Assembly (NCBI GenBank): GCA_045604905.1
Contig: JAZUOX010000006.1
Span: 772-64,771 of the forward strand
Source of the DNA: Clostridia bacterium
GTDB lineage: Bacteria; Bacillota; Clostridia; UMGS1883
Direction: 5' to 3'
Length of the DNA stretch: 64,000 nt
Numbering within the stretch: position 1 is the stretch's first letter; every line of letters starts with the position of its first letter. The position numbers and the translations under genes are program-made. Under the pieces are notes generated by a model. It saw only the letters and a list, made by a program, of their open reading frames with translations, searched no databases and had not been told where the DNA came from. This document shows, in pieces, positions 1 to 10,229 of this stretch.

Positions 1-1233
1 AGAAGCCATGTTGGAATTTTCCCTGCATCACACTATGTTACAACACCGGAAAAGCGGGAAATAGCAATTGAATCAATAAAGAAAGAACTTGAGGAAAGAC
101 TTAAAGAACTCCGTGACAATGATCGGCTTCTCGAAGCACAACGTCTTGAAGAACGCACAAACTACGATATTGAAATGATGCGTGAAATCGGTTTTTGCAG
201 CGGTATTGAAAATTATTCACGGCATATCAGCGGAAGAGCACCCGGCAGTGCTCCATATACTCTTATGGATTATTTTCCTGATGACTTTTTACTTGTCATT
301 GATGAAAGTCATGTTACTATTCCGCAGGTAAGAGCTATGTTCGCAGGTGACAGAAGCCGTAAGACAAGCCTGGTACAGTACGGGTTCAGACTTCCGTCTG
401 CGTTTGACAACAGACCGCTTAATTTTGACGAATTTGAACAAAGAATAAATCAGGTCATTTTTGTAAGTGCTACCCCGGCTCAGTATGAATATGAGAATTC
501 ACAAAGCGTTGCAGAACAGGTGATACGCCCTACAGGGCTTCTTGACCCTGAAATATCAGTGCGGCCGGTTGAAGGACAGATTGATGACCTGCTTACAGAA
601 ATATATGAAAGAACAGATAAAAAAGAAAGAGTGCTAGTGACAACACTCACAAAAAAAATGGCGGAAGACCTCACGGATTATCTTCGCACAATGGGTGTCA
701 AGGTAAAATATATGCATTCTGAGGTTGAAACCCTTGAAAGAATGGAAATTGTCCGTGACCTCAGAATGGGTGTTTTTGATGTTCTGGTGGGTATCAATCT
801 TCTTCGTGAAGGTTTGGATATTCCGGAGGTGTCGCTTGTTGCAATACTTGATGCCGATAAAGAGGGATTTCTCCGTAGTGAAACGTCGCTTATACAGACT
901 ATCGGCAGAGCAGCGAGAAATGCCGAGGGTAAAGTCATTATGTATGCGGACAGAGTGACAGACTCTATGGAGAGAGCCATTGGCGAAACTAATCGCCGTC
1001 GTGAAATTCAGGCAAAATACAATGAGGAGCATGGCATTGTGCCTAAAACAATTGTAAAAAATGTCGGAGAACTGATTGCCGCAGTTCAGGAAGCGGAAGA
1101 AAATGTACCTGCAACAAATACACAGAATGTTATAGCGCATCTTGAAGAAGAAATGAAGAAAGCTGCTGAAGAACTTCGTTTCGAGGATGCGGCTAAGCTT
1201 CGCGACAGAATAAAGAGGTTGAGAAAAATATGA
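1..1233 (+). CDS. uvrB: Excinuclease ABC subunit B (UvrB), C-terminal part; the 5' end lies upstream of the window
   Basis: Frame 1 is open from base 1 ([20 protein letters not shown]...) and runs into the listed 175..1233 ORF. Helicase motifs are present ([50 protein letters not shown]), as is the C-terminal UVR motif ([15 protein letters not shown]). ATGA overlap with uvrA. Confidence 0.95.
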   Translation, partial: RSHVGIFPASHYVTTPEKREIAIESIKKELEERLKELRDNDRLLEAQRLEERTNYDIEMMREIGFCSGIENYSRHISGRAPGSAPYTLMDYFPDDFLLVIDESHVTIPQVRAMFAGDRSRKTSLVQYGFRLPSAFDNRPLNFDEFEQRINQVIFVSATPAQYEYENSQSVAEQVIRPTGLLDPEISVRPVEGQIDDLLTEIYERTDKKERVLVTTLTKKMAEDLTDYLRTMGVKVKYMHSEVETLERMEIVRDLRMGVFDVLVGINLLREGLDIPEVSLVAILDADKEGFLRSETSLIQTIGRAARNAEGKVIMYADRVTDSMERAIGETNRRREIQAKYNEEHGIVPKTIVKNVGELIAAVQEAEENVPATNTQNVIAHLEEEMKKAAEELRFEDAAKLRDRIKRLRKI

Positions 1234-4052
1234 AAAGAAATGAAATAGTGATTCAGGGTGCAAGGGAAAATAACCTGAAAAATGTTGACCTGACAATCCC
1301 CAGGGATAAGTTTATTGTATTTACAGGTGTTTCTGGTTCGGGAAAAACATCTCTTGCTTTTGATACAATTTATGCGGAGGGGCAGAGAAGGTATGTAGAG
1401 TCTCTTTCTTCATATGCAAGGATGTTCCTCGGGCAGATGGAAAAGCCGGAGGTTGATTATATAGAAGGACTGAGCCCTGCTATAAGTATTGACCAGAAAA
1501 CAACAAATAAAAATCCCCGTTCAACTGTTGGTACAGTAACAGAGATATATGACTACCTGAGGCTGCTTTATGCAAGAGTGGGTGTTCCGCACTGTCCGAA
1601 ATGCGGAAAGGTAATTACGCAGCAGACTCTTGATCAGATAGTAGAGCAGATTATGTCACTTCCTGAGGGAAGACGCATCCAGGTGCTTGCACCTATGGTG
1701 AGAGGTAAAAAGGGCGAACATCAGAAAGTGTTTGAGAATGCTAAAAAAAGCGGTTATGTCCGTGTAAGAGTTGACGGTATTATCTATGATTTGTCAGAAG
1801 TGATTGATCTTGAAAAACAGAAGAAGCACTATATAGAAATTGTTGTTGACAGACTTGTTGTTAAGCCCGATATCAGAAAAAGACTTGCCGATTCAATAGA
1901 AATAACGCTCCACCTTTGTGAAGGTATTGTGATGATTCTAAACGGTGAGGAAGAAATGATTTTCAGTCAGAACTATGCCTGCGACGATTGTGGGATAAGT
2001 CTTGACGAGCTTTCTCCCAGAATGTTTTCTTTCAATAACCCTTTAGGGGCCTGCCCGAAATGCAGTGGTATAGGTCTTCTTAAAAGAGTAGACCCGTCAC
2101 TCGTGCTTGTAAGTGATGAGCTTTCCGTCATGGAGGGAGCGTTTCATGTAAGCGGATGGCGTGCACCTGATAAAGAGGACAGTAACGCTAATGCCATATT
2201 CCGTGCGCTGGCGAAAAAATACAATTTCAGTCTTAATGTGCCGGTAAAAAATCTTCCTGACAAAGCGATTGAAGTAATTCTTTTCGGTACAGGTGATGAA
2301 GAAATAGAAATTGAGTACAAAGGAAAACGGGGACTTTCTGTGTGGAAAGACAAGTTTGAAGGTATTGTAAACAATCTTCAACGCCGTTACGATGAAACTA
2401 CAAGCGAATGGGCAAAATGGGATATTGAAGGGCTGATGCGCGAAATTCCATGTGATGAATGTAAAGGGAAGAGGCTTCGTAAGGAAAGTCTTGCAGTAAC
2501 TGTTGATGGAAAGAATATTGATGAAGTGTGTGGACTTTCAGTATCAAAAGCGGACAAGTTTTTCCGCGATATAGAGCTTCCGCAGAAAGAGCAGATTATC
2601 GCTGAAGAAATCCTCAAGGAAATCCGCGCAAGAATAGGATTTCTTAACAATGTTGGTCTTGAGTATCTTACAATGTCACGCTCTGCAGGAACACTTTCAG
2701 GCGGTGAGGCACAACGTATCCGTCTTGCAACACAGATTGGCTCAGGTCTTGTGGGTGTTCTTTATATCCTTGACGAGCCGAGTATCGGCCTTCATCAGAG
2801 AGATAATAATAAGCTTATTGCTGCACTTAAGTCCCTTCGCGATCTGGGAAATACGCTTATTGTTGTTGAACACGACGAGGATACAATGCGTGAAGCTGAC
2901 TATATTGTTGATGTGGGCCCCGGTGCAGGTGTACACGGCGGTGAAATTATAGCCCAAGGTACCGTTGATGAAATTGTTAAGTGTAAAAAATCACTTACAG
3001 GAGACTACTTAAGCGGAAGAAAGAAAATAGAAGTTCCCGCAACAAGACGAAAAGGCAACGGAAAATCCATAAAAGTTCTTAAAGCAGCAGAAAACAATCT
3101 TAAGAATATAGATGTAGAAATTCCTCTGGGGAAATTTGTTGCTGTGACAGGTGTGTCGGGTTCAGGAAAAAGCTCTCTTGTAAATGAAGTTGTATATAAG
3201 CATCTTGCATATAAATTAAACCACAGCAAGGCGGTTCCCGGAAAACATAAAGGGATTGAAGGTATTGATAACCTTGACAAAGTAATAAATATCGATCAGT
3301 CTCCCATTGGAAGAACTCCACGCTCCAATCCGGCAACCTATACAGGTGTGTTCAACGACATCCGTGAGCTTTTTGCAATGACTCCCGAGGCAAAAACCAG
3401 GGGTTACAATGCAGGACGCTTCAGCTTTAATGTACGTGGAGGGCGGTGTGAAGCTTGCTCTGGTGACGGAATACTTAAGATTGAAATGCATTTCCTGCCG
3501 GATGTGTATGTTCCGTGTGAGGTTTGTAAAGGAAAGCGCTATAACCGTGAAACCCTTGATGTTCATTATAAGGGAAAGAATATTTTTGAAGTTCTTGATA
3601 TGACAATAGATGAAGCTGTTGACTTTTTTGAAGCTATTCCAAAAATAAAGAATAAGCTTCAGACTATCAAGGATGTAGGTCTTGGTTATATCAAGCTTGG
3701 ACAGTCATCTACAACTCTGTCAGGGGGCGAAGCCCAGAGAGTAAAGCTGGCAACAGAACTTTCAAAACGCTCTACTGGCAAGACTATTTACATTCTTGAC
3801 GAGCCGACAACAGGTCTTCACAGTGCCGATGTGCACAGGCTGATAGATGTTCTTAACCGTTTTGTTGACGAAGGTAATAGCGTTCTTGTAATTGAACATA
3901 ACCTCGATGTTATTAAAACGGCAGACCATATTATCGACCTGGGGCCGGAAGGCGGTGACGGCGGAGGAACTCTTGTTACTTGCGGAACGCCTGAAGAAAT
4001 TGCACAAAACCCGGATTCGTACACAGGTATGTTTTTGAAGAAAATGCTTTAA
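1230..4052 (+). CDS. uvrA: Excinuclease ABC subunit A (UvrA)
   Basis: 940 aa with two ABC ATPase modules ([14 protein letters not shown] and [13 protein letters not shown]; LSGGEAQR twice). Several Cys-pair zinc modules are present ([41 protein letters not shown]). Confidence 0.97.
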   Translation: MKRNEIVIQGARENNLKNVDLTIPRDKFIVFTGVSGSGKTSLAFDTIYAEGQRRYVESLSSYARMFLGQMEKPEVDYIEGLSPAISIDQKTTNKNPRSTVGTVTEIYDYLRLLYARVGVPHCPKCGKVITQQTLDQIVEQIMSLPEGRRIQVLAPMVRGKKGEHQKVFENAKKSGYVRVRVDGIIYDLSEVIDLEKQKKHYIEIVVDRLVVKPDIRKRLADSIEITLHLCEGIVMILNGEEEMIFSQNYACDDCGISLDELSPRMFSFNNPLGACPKCSGIGLLKRVDPSLVLVSDELSVMEGAFHVSGWRAPDKEDSNANAIFRALAKKYNFSLNVPVKNLPDKAIEVILFGTGDEEIEIEYKGKRGLSVWKDKFEGIVNNLQRRYDETTSEWAKWDIEGLMREIPCDECKGKRLRKESLAVTVDGKNIDEVCGLSVSKADKFFRDIELPQKEQIIAEEILKEIRARIGFLNNVGLEYLTMSRSAGTLSGGEAQRIRLATQIGSGLVGVLYILDEPSIGLHQRDNNKLIAALKSLRDLGNTLIVVEHDEDTMREADYIVDVGPGAGVHGGEIIAQGTVDEIVKCKKSLTGDYLSGRKKIEVPATRRKGNGKSIKVLKAAENNLKNIDVEIPLGKFVAVTGVSGSGKSSLVNEVVYKHLAYKLNHSKAVPGKHKGIEGIDNLDKVINIDQSPIGRTPRSNPATYTGVFNDIRELFAMTPEAKTRGYNAGRFSFNVRGGRCEACSGDGILKIEMHFLPDVYVPCEVCKGKRYNRETLDVHYKGKNIFEVLDMTIDEAVDFFEAIPKIKNKLQTIKDVGLGYIKLGQSSTTLSGGEAQRVKLATELSKRSTGKTIYILDEPTTGLHSADVHRLIDVLNRFVDEGNSVLVIEHNLDVIKTADHIIDLGPEGGDGGGTLVTCGTPEEIAQNPDSYTGMFLKKML

Positions 4053-4064
4053 TAACAGTGATAA

Positions 4065-4108
4065 AACCTCCCTGCCTTAAATATACTTTAAGACAAGGAG
4101 GTTTTGTT
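4065..4108 (+). terminator. Imperfect hairpin plus TTTTGTT between uvrA and yabP; its 3' arm contains the yabP Shine-Dalgarno
   Basis: AACCTCCCTGCCTT (4065-4078) pairs with AAGACAAGGAGGTT (4090-4103) with two C.A mismatches and is followed by TTTGTT. AAGGAGG in the 3' arm lies 7 nt before the ATG at 4109. Confidence 0.4.
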
Positions 4109-4384
4109 ATGGCAGAAATGACAACAGGAAAAAGCGGAAATATTATACTTGAAAACCGTAGAAAGCTTACTGCAAGCGGAGTTAAGGATGTGGAAAGCTT
4201 TCTTCCCGAGAAAATTGTGCTCATTACTGAAGATGCTAACCTTACAGTTACCGGAAATGAAATGAGGGTAAAGAATCTTTCTACCCAGAACGGAGAAATT
4301 CTCATTGAGGGAGATATTGACGGATGTGTATATACAAAAGGCAGAGTGCAAAAAGAAAGCTTTCTTAAAAGGGTGCTTAAATAA
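4109..4384 (+). CDS. yabP: Sporulation protein YabP
   Basis: Collinear with B. subtilis YabP as recalled (...LTASGVKDVESF...LTVTGNEMRVKNLSTQNGEILIEGDIDGCVY...). The internal ATG at 4109 follows AAGGAGG; the listed 4058 GTG start lacks an RBS. Confidence 0.85.
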   Translation: MAEMTTGKSGNIILENRRKLTASGVKDVESFLPEKIVLITEDANLTVTGNEMRVKNLSTQNGEILIEGDIDGCVYTKGRVQKESFLKRVLK

Positions 4385-4869
4385 TGGAAGTTTCCTCAAA
4401 GCATCAGCTTATGGTATTTCTTCTTTGTATACTGTCGGGAATTTTTTGCGCGCTGTTTTTTGACCTTCAACGAAGCTTGCGCAGAATACATTCTGCAGGA
4501 AAAATAAGAACAACTGCAGAGGATATCCTCTTTGCGGTTGTGGTAACCTTTGTGTTAATTGGTCTCGGCTTTTATTTTAACCGTGGACAGATGAGGTATT
4601 ATCAAGTGGCGGGAGCTCTTAGCGGGGCTCTTTTCTATGTTGCTTTTCTAAGCCGTATCTCGATGAAAATCATAGAAGAAATCTGTAGAATCATAAAATA
4701 TTCAATCCGCCCTATTATGATTTTGATAAGGATTATTTCATCTCCGATACTATGGATTTACAGATTGATAAAGGCTCTTTTACTTAAAATAAAGAGGGCA
4801 AAAACCCGTATTTTGTGCTATGGAAAAAAGAAATTTTTAAAGCTTAAAAAAAGAATGAAAATGTTGTAA
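4384..4869 (+). CDS. yabQ: Spore cortex biosynthesis protein YabQ (membrane)
   Basis: TAATG overlap with yabP. Hydrophobic multi-helix protein with a basic C-terminal tail. Position directly after yabP matches the Bacillus/Clostridium yabP-yabQ-divIC order. Confidence 0.8.
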   Translation: MEVSSKHQLMVFLLCILSGIFCALFFDLQRSLRRIHSAGKIRTTAEDILFAVVVTFVLIGLGFYFNRGQMRYYQVAGALSGALFYVAFLSRISMKIIEEICRIIKYSIRPIMILIRIISSPILWIYRLIKALLLKIKRAKTRILCYGKKKFLKLKKRMKML

Positions 4870-4917
4870 AAAAAACTTTACAAATTAGTTGCTTTAAGTT
4901 ATACTGTATTGTGAGGG

Positions 4918-5235
4918 GTGAGGAGCTTGAAGCGAGTTGCAAAAAAGACCGTTGCTAAAAAATTTAAAAGAACACGCGCAAACTATATACGTCTTATAGT
5001 TGGTGTTTTGGTAATAGGCAGTTTCATCGGCACTCTTGTATCTCAGCAAATTCGTATTTCAAGTATCCGCCGCGAGACAGAGCAGTGCAAAAAACAGACT
5101 GCAGCGAAGAACGAGGAGTACGAAAAGCTCAGTAAAAAAGCGGAGTACAGTGCTTCTGACGACTTCTACGAAAAGAAGGCCCGTGACGAAGGATATGTTC
5201 GTTCTGACGAGACAGTTTTTGTTATTGGTAACTGA
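4918..5235 (+). CDS. divIC: Septum formation initiator family protein (DivIC/FtsB)
   Basis: Basic N-terminus, a single TM helix (LIVGVLVIGSFIGTLV), a coiled-coil region, then the ...YEKKARDEGYVRSDETVFV motif typical of FtsB/DivIC. Start codon is uncertain (GTG 4918 or TTG 4927). Confidence 0.8.
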   Translation: MRSLKRVAKKTVAKKFKRTRANYIRLIVGVLVIGSFIGTLVSQQIRISSIRRETEQCKKQTAAKNEEYEKLSKKAEYSASDDFYEKKARDEGYVRSDETVFVIGN

Positions 5236-5275
5236 CTGAATTCATTTTACACACTGAAAGGGGCAAAATACCTTT

Positions 5276-5692
5276 ATGGCACTCGAAGTAGGACAAATAG
5301 TTGAGGGAAAGGTTTCAGGAATAACAGGGTTTGGTGCGTTTATCGATCTTCCCGGAGGAGAGACGGGCCTTGTACATATTTCAGAGGTTGCAAGAAACTA
5401 TGTTAAGGATATTAATGAGCATCTTGCACTTAATCAGGAAGTTAAGGTAAAAGTTCTTTCTCTTGACGAAAAAGGTAAAATCAGCCTTTCTATTAAGAAA
5501 GCTCAGGAGCCGAAAAATACAAAGAGTGAACCTTTTAGTGGCAGACCTGCAGAAATTGACTGGCAGAGTGAGAACAGCCAGAAAGATATGTCTTTCGAAG
5601 ATATGATGGCGTCTTTCAAACAGTCAAGTGATGCCAGAATGCTGGATATAAAGCGCAACACAGAGTCGAAGCGCGGTAACAGAAGAAAGTGA
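5276..5692 (+). CDS. yabR: S1 domain RNA-binding protein (YabR-like)
   Basis: N-terminal S1 fold signature (VGQIVEGKVSGITGFGAFIDLPGGETGLVHISEVA...VKVKVLSLDEKGKISLSIK). Position after divIC matches B. subtilis. Confidence 0.85.
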   Translation: MALEVGQIVEGKVSGITGFGAFIDLPGGETGLVHISEVARNYVKDINEHLALNQEVKVKVLSLDEKGKISLSIKKAQEPKNTKSEPFSGRPAEIDWQSENSQKDMSFEDMMASFKQSSDARMLDIKRNTESKRGNRRK

Positions 5693-5700
5693 TTTTATAA

Positions 5701-5740
5701 CGGGATGTAAAGAAATCGGATTTCTTTACATCCCGTTTTT
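5701..5740 (+). terminator. Rho-independent terminator after yabR
   Basis: CGGGATGTAAAGAAA / TTTCTTTACATCCCG, a 15-bp perfect stem with a 5-nt loop, followed by TTTTT. Confidence 0.85.
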
Positions 5741-5823
5741 ATGGAATTCGTGTGGAATTGATGAGCATTAAACTATGCTTGCTAAAACTGATAGCGGATA
5801 AGAGAGTAAATTATGCTGTGTTA

Positions 5824-6216
5824 TTACCTCAAACTGTATTTTCCCAGCATTTCTACACTTTTCAGTTCGTTTTTCATTATGTCTTTCATTGAAAGTCCCA
5901 GTGCGTTGCAGAGTGCAGCTGTGTAAAACAGTGATTCTCCGATTTCCTTTTCTATTCTTTCCTTGCAGGAAACGCAGATGTTTCCGTTTATGCCGGAAAG
6001 TTCTCTGGGAGAAAGCGTTTGCATGCTGTCAATATCAAAAACAGCTTTCTCTGCGCCAATTTTCACACATCCGCAACCTGTTGCAGATTTTATTACACTA
6101 CGGCTTGTTTTTCCGCAACTGTCCTGAAATTTTGTGAGAATATCAAGGATATTATTGTTTCTTGCAATCAAAACAGAAACTTTATTCTGAAAATCGTCAG
6201 ATAAAGAACGGACCAT
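5824..6216 (-). CDS. Hypothetical small Cys-containing protein with a weak MazG-like C-terminal helix pair
   Basis: 130-aa ORF in an otherwise empty interval. Cys pairs CGC and CVSC. The C-terminal ...EKEIGESLFYTAALCNALGLSMKDIMKNELKSVEMLGKY resembles the E-x-GE / helix motif of all-alpha NTP pyrophosphohydrolases. Family assignment is weak. Confidence 0.55.
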   Translation of the reverse strand: MVRSLSDDFQNKVSVLIARNNNILDILTKFQDSCGKTSRSVIKSATGCGCVKIGAEKAVFDIDSMQTLSPRELSGINGNICVSCKERIEKEIGESLFYTAALCNALGLSMKDIMKNELKSVEMLGKYSLR

Positions 6217-6334
6217 ATAATTTCACCTCAATAAAATTATATAGTCCGCACAGCAGATAGTCAATGTAAGAGTTTGTAAGAAAATGTCAACCGAAACCAA
6301 CAAAACCGGAGATAACTAAAAAACAAGCTTTTGG

Positions 6335-7207
6335 TTATATTATGCGTCTTGAATAAGCGGTGGGAGATAGTCCCACAGCTTTTTTAAATGCTCGTGAAAA
6401 AATGTGGATTGAAGAATACCCCAACATATCAGAAATTTGGCTTACAGTGTAGTTCTTTTCTCTGAGAAGCTTTTTTGCTTCAGAAATTTTAAGCTCCATA
6501 TGGTACTCCATCGGGCTTTGTCCGGTGCTCTCACGGAAAATTTTGCAAAGCTGAGTTTTTCCTATAAGAAAATGCTCGCAAACTTCTTTGAGGGAAATGG
6601 GGGTGTAGATGCTGCTTTTAAGATAATCCGAAATAAGCTCGCTTAAAGAATTATTTGCTATATCACGGGATTTTTTGCTTAATTCAAGCTTTTCACTCAT
6701 ATCACTGCCACTTCGGATAAGGCGGATGATAAATTCCGTGAAATAGCAATCAAGAAGCTGCGACGCTCCAAAAACATCTTTTTTGAAGTGGAGATTTTCA
6801 TTGTTTTCGTAATTTGACGGAACTGTTCCCAGTGCGTTTTTTGCCTCTTCTATAAAAAGCGAAAGCAACATTTTTCCCGTTTTGTTAAGGTTAAATGTCT
6901 TCCCTCTGAGAAAACTGAGCATTTCTCCCTCAGCACTGAAGGATATAACAAGCATATTGTTAGCTACACGGTTGTCGGAAATATGGGCGTGTACTTCCAT
7001 AGGCTCGTGAAAAATCGCTTGCCCTTCCTCCAAAGTAAGACCGACTCCGTTGGTAATAGCGTTTATCCTTCCGCTATCCACATAAACCATTTCCCAGAAG
7101 TTATGCTTTTCAGGAGCGTGGGAGAAGTCTTTGCCGAATTCAAAGTAATATATGCTGTTAAACCCTTTTATTTCAATTTCTTTATGCACTTTTTGAGTGT
7201 CGAACAT
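6335..7207 (-). CDS. AraC family transcriptional regulator (N-terminal cupin sensor plus C-terminal HTH)
   Basis: The C-terminus carries the AraC double HTH (...LKEVCEHFLIGKTQLCKIFRESTGQSPMEYHMELKISEAKKLLREKNYTVSQISDMLGYSSIHIFSRAFKKAVGLSPTAY). The ATG at 7207 is preceded by AAGGAGG, whereas the listed 7252 start has no RBS. Divergent from the 7342 gene cluster. Confidence 0.85.
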   Translation of the reverse strand: MFDTQKVHKEIEIKGFNSIYYFEFGKDFSHAPEKHNFWEMVYVDSGRINAITNGVGLTLEEGQAIFHEPMEVHAHISDNRVANNMLVISFSAEGEMLSFLRGKTFNLNKTGKMLLSLFIEEAKNALGTVPSNYENNENLHFKKDVFGASQLLDCYFTEFIIRLIRSGSDMSEKLELSKKSRDIANNSLSELISDYLKSSIYTPISLKEVCEHFLIGKTQLCKIFRESTGQSPMEYHMELKISEAKKLLREKNYTVSQISDMLGYSSIHIFSRAFKKAVGLSPTAYSRRII

Positions 7208-7341
7208 TTTCCGGAAAACCTCCTTGCGGACAAAATGATAAAAAAAACGCAAATATTGTTAAATACATAATCGTACTGTAATTGTATAATAAAAATGACA
7301 GAAAGTCAATTAAAATGCTAAATTAACGGAGGTTTTTGAAA

Positions 7342-8046
7342 ATGAATGTACTTGCAATCGGTTGTCATCCCGATGACATTGAAATCAACTGTGCAGGAAC
7401 TTTAGCTAAATGTGTGAAGCGTGGCGACAATGTTACTGTATGCCATGTATGCAACGGCAATTTGGGACACGTTATCATAGAACCTGATGAGCTTGCACAG
7501 ATTCGTAAGAATGAGGCTATAAAAGCAGGATCTCTTGCAGGAATCAAGGTTGTAACCTGTGACATTGGTGACCTTTTGGCTTATGAATCCAGTAAGGAGC
7601 AGCGTGATAAGGTTGTGGATATAATTCGTGAAGCACAGCCTGATTTTATTATCACTCATGCACCAAATGATTATATGCCTGACCATACAGCAGTGTCAAA
7701 GCTTGTGTTTGATGCTTCATTTGCGGCAAGTGTGCCTCATTATAAAACGGCTGTGGCCACCCCTTCGGAGGTTACTCCGATATTCTATATGGATAATCTT
7801 GGCGGAAATGAATTTTTACCTACTGAATATGTAGATATAACTGATGAGATTGATTTAAAGCTTGAAATGCTTGAATGCCATGAAAGTCAGCTTAAGTGGA
7901 TGAGAGAGCACGATAATATTGACTTTGCAGATATGGTTAAGACGATTTCAAAATATCGCGGCTATCAGTGCGGAGCACAGTATGCAGAGGCTTTTTCACA
8001 GTGTATGGTATATCCAAAGCCAACAGTTAGGAGAATGCTTCCATGA
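7342..8046 (+). CDS. PIG-L / LmbE family N-acetylglucosaminyl-type deacetylase
   Basis: N-terminal VLAIGCHPDDIEINCAGTLAK (the PIG-L HPDD motif) and a later HAPNDYMPDH. GGAGG lies 9 nt upstream of the ATG at 7342. Confidence 0.85.
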   Translation: MNVLAIGCHPDDIEINCAGTLAKCVKRGDNVTVCHVCNGNLGHVIIEPDELAQIRKNEAIKAGSLAGIKVVTCDIGDLLAYESSKEQRDKVVDIIREAQPDFIITHAPNDYMPDHTAVSKLVFDASFAASVPHYKTAVATPSEVTPIFYMDNLGGNEFLPTEYVDITDEIDLKLEMLECHESQLKWMREHDNIDFADMVKTISKYRGYQCGAQYAEAFSQCMVYPKPTVRRMLP

Positions 8047-8990
8047 AAAAAGTAGCTTGTGTTGGAATCTTGGTAGCAGACGTTATTGTTGAGCCTGTTA
8101 CAAAATTTCCCGAAAAAGGTATACTTGAAAAGGTTAATTCAATCACTATGCACAATGGCGGTAACGCTATGACGGCATCAATTAACCTCAGAAAAATCGG
8201 TGTGGAGTCTACAATGGTAGGTATGGTAGGAAACGATATGTTCGGAGAATTCCTTAAAGGAAGACTTAGGGATGCAGGCGTTGATGTATCGGGACTTAAA
8301 GTGTCAGATGAAGCTCAGACATCTGCATCAGTGCTTATGATTGACCCCGGTACCGGTGAGCGTTCATTTTTCCACTGTGTAGGTGCAAACGGTGTCCTTT
8401 CTGAAAGTGATATTAATTACGATGCGGTTGATAAATGCGATATGGTTTTTGTAACCGGTTCATTTATTATGGACACCTTTGACGGAGAGGAAACAATGAA
8501 ATTCCTTAAACGTTGTAAGGAAATGGGCAAGACCACATTCCTTGACGTTTGCTGGGATGCAAGCGGAAGATGGGGAGAGCTTCTTGATATGTCACTTCCT
8601 TACATAGATTTCTTTATGCCCAGTATTGATGAGGCAGTTTGTATCGCAAAGGAAGAAGAACCTGAAAGCATTGCAGACGTATTCCAGTCAAAGGGTGCAA
8701 AGAATGTAATCATCAAGCTTGGCTCAAAGGGTAGTTACCTTCGTAAAGATGGTGAGAGTAAGGGTACGGTTTATCCGCCCTTCTACATTGAAAATCCTGT
8801 TGATACAACAGGTGCTGGAGACAGCTTCTGTTCAGGCTTCCTTGCAGCGTATGCTATGGGAAAATCTCTTGAAGAGTGTATGGTGTTTGCCAATGCCACA
8901 GGTGCACATTGTGTAATGGCAACAGGTGCAACAACAGGCATAAAACCCTACGCAGATATAATGAAATTTATTGAAAATTATAATAAATAA
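8043..8990 (+). CDS. PfkB family carbohydrate kinase (ribokinase-like)
   Basis: N-terminal GILVADV...GGNA motif and C-terminal PfkB signature ([18 protein letters not shown]). ATGA overlap with the deacetylase gene. Confidence 0.85.
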   Translation: MKKVACVGILVADVIVEPVTKFPEKGILEKVNSITMHNGGNAMTASINLRKIGVESTMVGMVGNDMFGEFLKGRLRDAGVDVSGLKVSDEAQTSASVLMIDPGTGERSFFHCVGANGVLSESDINYDAVDKCDMVFVTGSFIMDTFDGEETMKFLKRCKEMGKTTFLDVCWDASGRWGELLDMSLPYIDFFMPSIDEAVCIAKEEEPESIADVFQSKGAKNVIIKLGSKGSYLRKDGESKGTVYPPFYIENPVDTTGAGDSFCSGFLAAYAMGKSLEECMVFANATGAHCVMATGATTGIKPYADIMKFIENYNK

Positions 8991-9004
8991 AAAGGAGAAT
9001 TATT

Positions 9005-9943
9005 ATGGATTTTTTAAGTACAGTTGAAGGCAGCATGTGCGAAAGCTTTTTCCCCAAGGGTTGGGACCTCAAGAAAATTGACGAATGCTGTGAAAAGGGT
9101 GTAACCCGTGAAGATTTCTGGCATAAGGACTTTACTCCCGTTGAATGTGACAACATTTTTGAATTTGACACATTTATGGGTCACGAAATCGCTCTTCAGA
9201 TCAAGAACGCTCGCGAAAGAGGCGAAAAGCTTGCTATGATTCTTCCCGTAGGTCCTATGGGTATGTATAAGTGGGCAGTTTACTTTCTTAAGGAATGGAA
9301 TATAAAGTGTGACCACGTTTACACATTCAATATGGACGAATGGTCTGATGCTGAGGGTAACACACTTCCCAACACAGATCCTGCATCATTCGAATACAGC
9401 ATGAAGCAGGCTTTCTTTGATAAGCTTGGCGAGAACACAGTTCCTCCCGCACAGCGTAACTTTGCTTCAAAGGAAAATCTTCCCACATATCCTGAGAAGA
9501 TTGCTGCCCTTAAAGCAGAGGGTGCAAAGCTTGTTCTCGTATTCGGCATAGGTCGTGCTTGTCATATCGCATTCTGGGAACCCCACTTTGCAGATGAATT
9601 TGATACAGTTGAAGAATGGAAGAAGCAGTGCTACAGAATCGGTGCAAAGCTTAACCCTATGACTATCGAGCAGAACGCTATCACAAGCTTCAAGAGCCGT
9701 ACAACACTTGTTCCTTGCCGTGCTAACACAGTTGGACCCGGACTCTTCCTTCAGGCAGATACAATCATCGGCGGATGTGACGGTGCTCTCGGCAGAGGCA
9801 TGGGCTGGCAGGGTATGAGCTTCCTTATGACTCTTCATTACGGTCCTGATAAGAGCATTACATCATCATTCATTCCCACAATGCCCGGTAAGCTCTTCTA
9901 TCTTAAGGAGCTGGCTGGTCCTTTGACAGCAGAATGTAACTAA
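9005..9943 (+). CDS. Glucosamine-6-phosphate deaminase/isomerase (NagB/6-phosphogluconolactonase superfamily)-like protein, atypically long
   Basis: [15 protein letters not shown]...[11 protein letters not shown] resembles the NagB G-x-TP ... FN-x-DEY core. At 312 aa it is longer than a canonical NagB. AAGGAG RBS. Confidence 0.7.
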   Translation: MDFLSTVEGSMCESFFPKGWDLKKIDECCEKGVTREDFWHKDFTPVECDNIFEFDTFMGHEIALQIKNARERGEKLAMILPVGPMGMYKWAVYFLKEWNIKCDHVYTFNMDEWSDAEGNTLPNTDPASFEYSMKQAFFDKLGENTVPPAQRNFASKENLPTYPEKIAALKAEGAKLVLVFGIGRACHIAFWEPHFADEFDTVEEWKKQCYRIGAKLNPMTIEQNAITSFKSRTTLVPCRANTVGPGLFLQADTIIGGCDGALGRGMGWQGMSFLMTLHYGPDKSITSSFIPTMPGKLFYLKELAGPLTAECN

Positions 9944-9945
9944 TT

Positions 9946-10187
9946 AAATTCGAAATTCGGAGTTCGAAATTCGAAATGAAAGTTTTAACTTTCTAAAAAG
10001 TAATCAGGGGCTATAAACTTGTTTTATAGCCCCTGAAATTTAAAGGGATAGTAAAAAAGGAATTTTCAATTGTGCGGTAATCAAAATACAAAGTGATAAT
10101 GAAGAGATGATAAATTGAAACAAAATTTTGCTTCAGCAAAATTCACCTACATTTCGCACTTCGCATTTCGAATTTCGCATTCAAAAG
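9946..10187. repeat. Heptamer-arm inverted-repeat element, copy A (left arm 9946-9982, right arm 10126-10182)
   Basis: The left arm is tandem heptamers AAATTCG AAATTCG GAGTTCG AAATTCG AAATG. The right arm is TTTTGCTTCAGCAAAA hairpin + TTCACCTACATTTCGCACTTCGCATTTCGAATTTCGCATT. CGAAATTCGAAATG and CATTTCGAATTTCG are perfect reverse complements. 9962-9979 is identical 18/18 to 49801-49818. Confidence 0.8.
10005..10040 (+). terminator. Hairpin terminator after the NagB-like gene, inside repeat copy A
   Basis: CAGGGGCTATAAA-CTTG-TTTTATAGCCCCTG followed by a weak T tract (AAATTT). Confidence 0.55.
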
Positions 10188-10229
10188 CTACTTTTTTAAC
10201 ATCCCGTTATTTAAAAAGGATTTGATACT

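Noticed and set aside
634-1296. 220-aa minus-strand ORF spanning the uvrB/uvrA junction
   Set aside because: It is antisense to two unambiguous genes and has shadow-ORF composition.
9946-10187. Possible CRISPR array or minisatellite because of short tandem repeats
   Set aside because: The units are 7 nt with no spacers, only 4-5 units occur per arm, the arms are inverted rather than direct, and no cas genes are present. It is better described as an inverted-repeat (MITE/REP-like) element.
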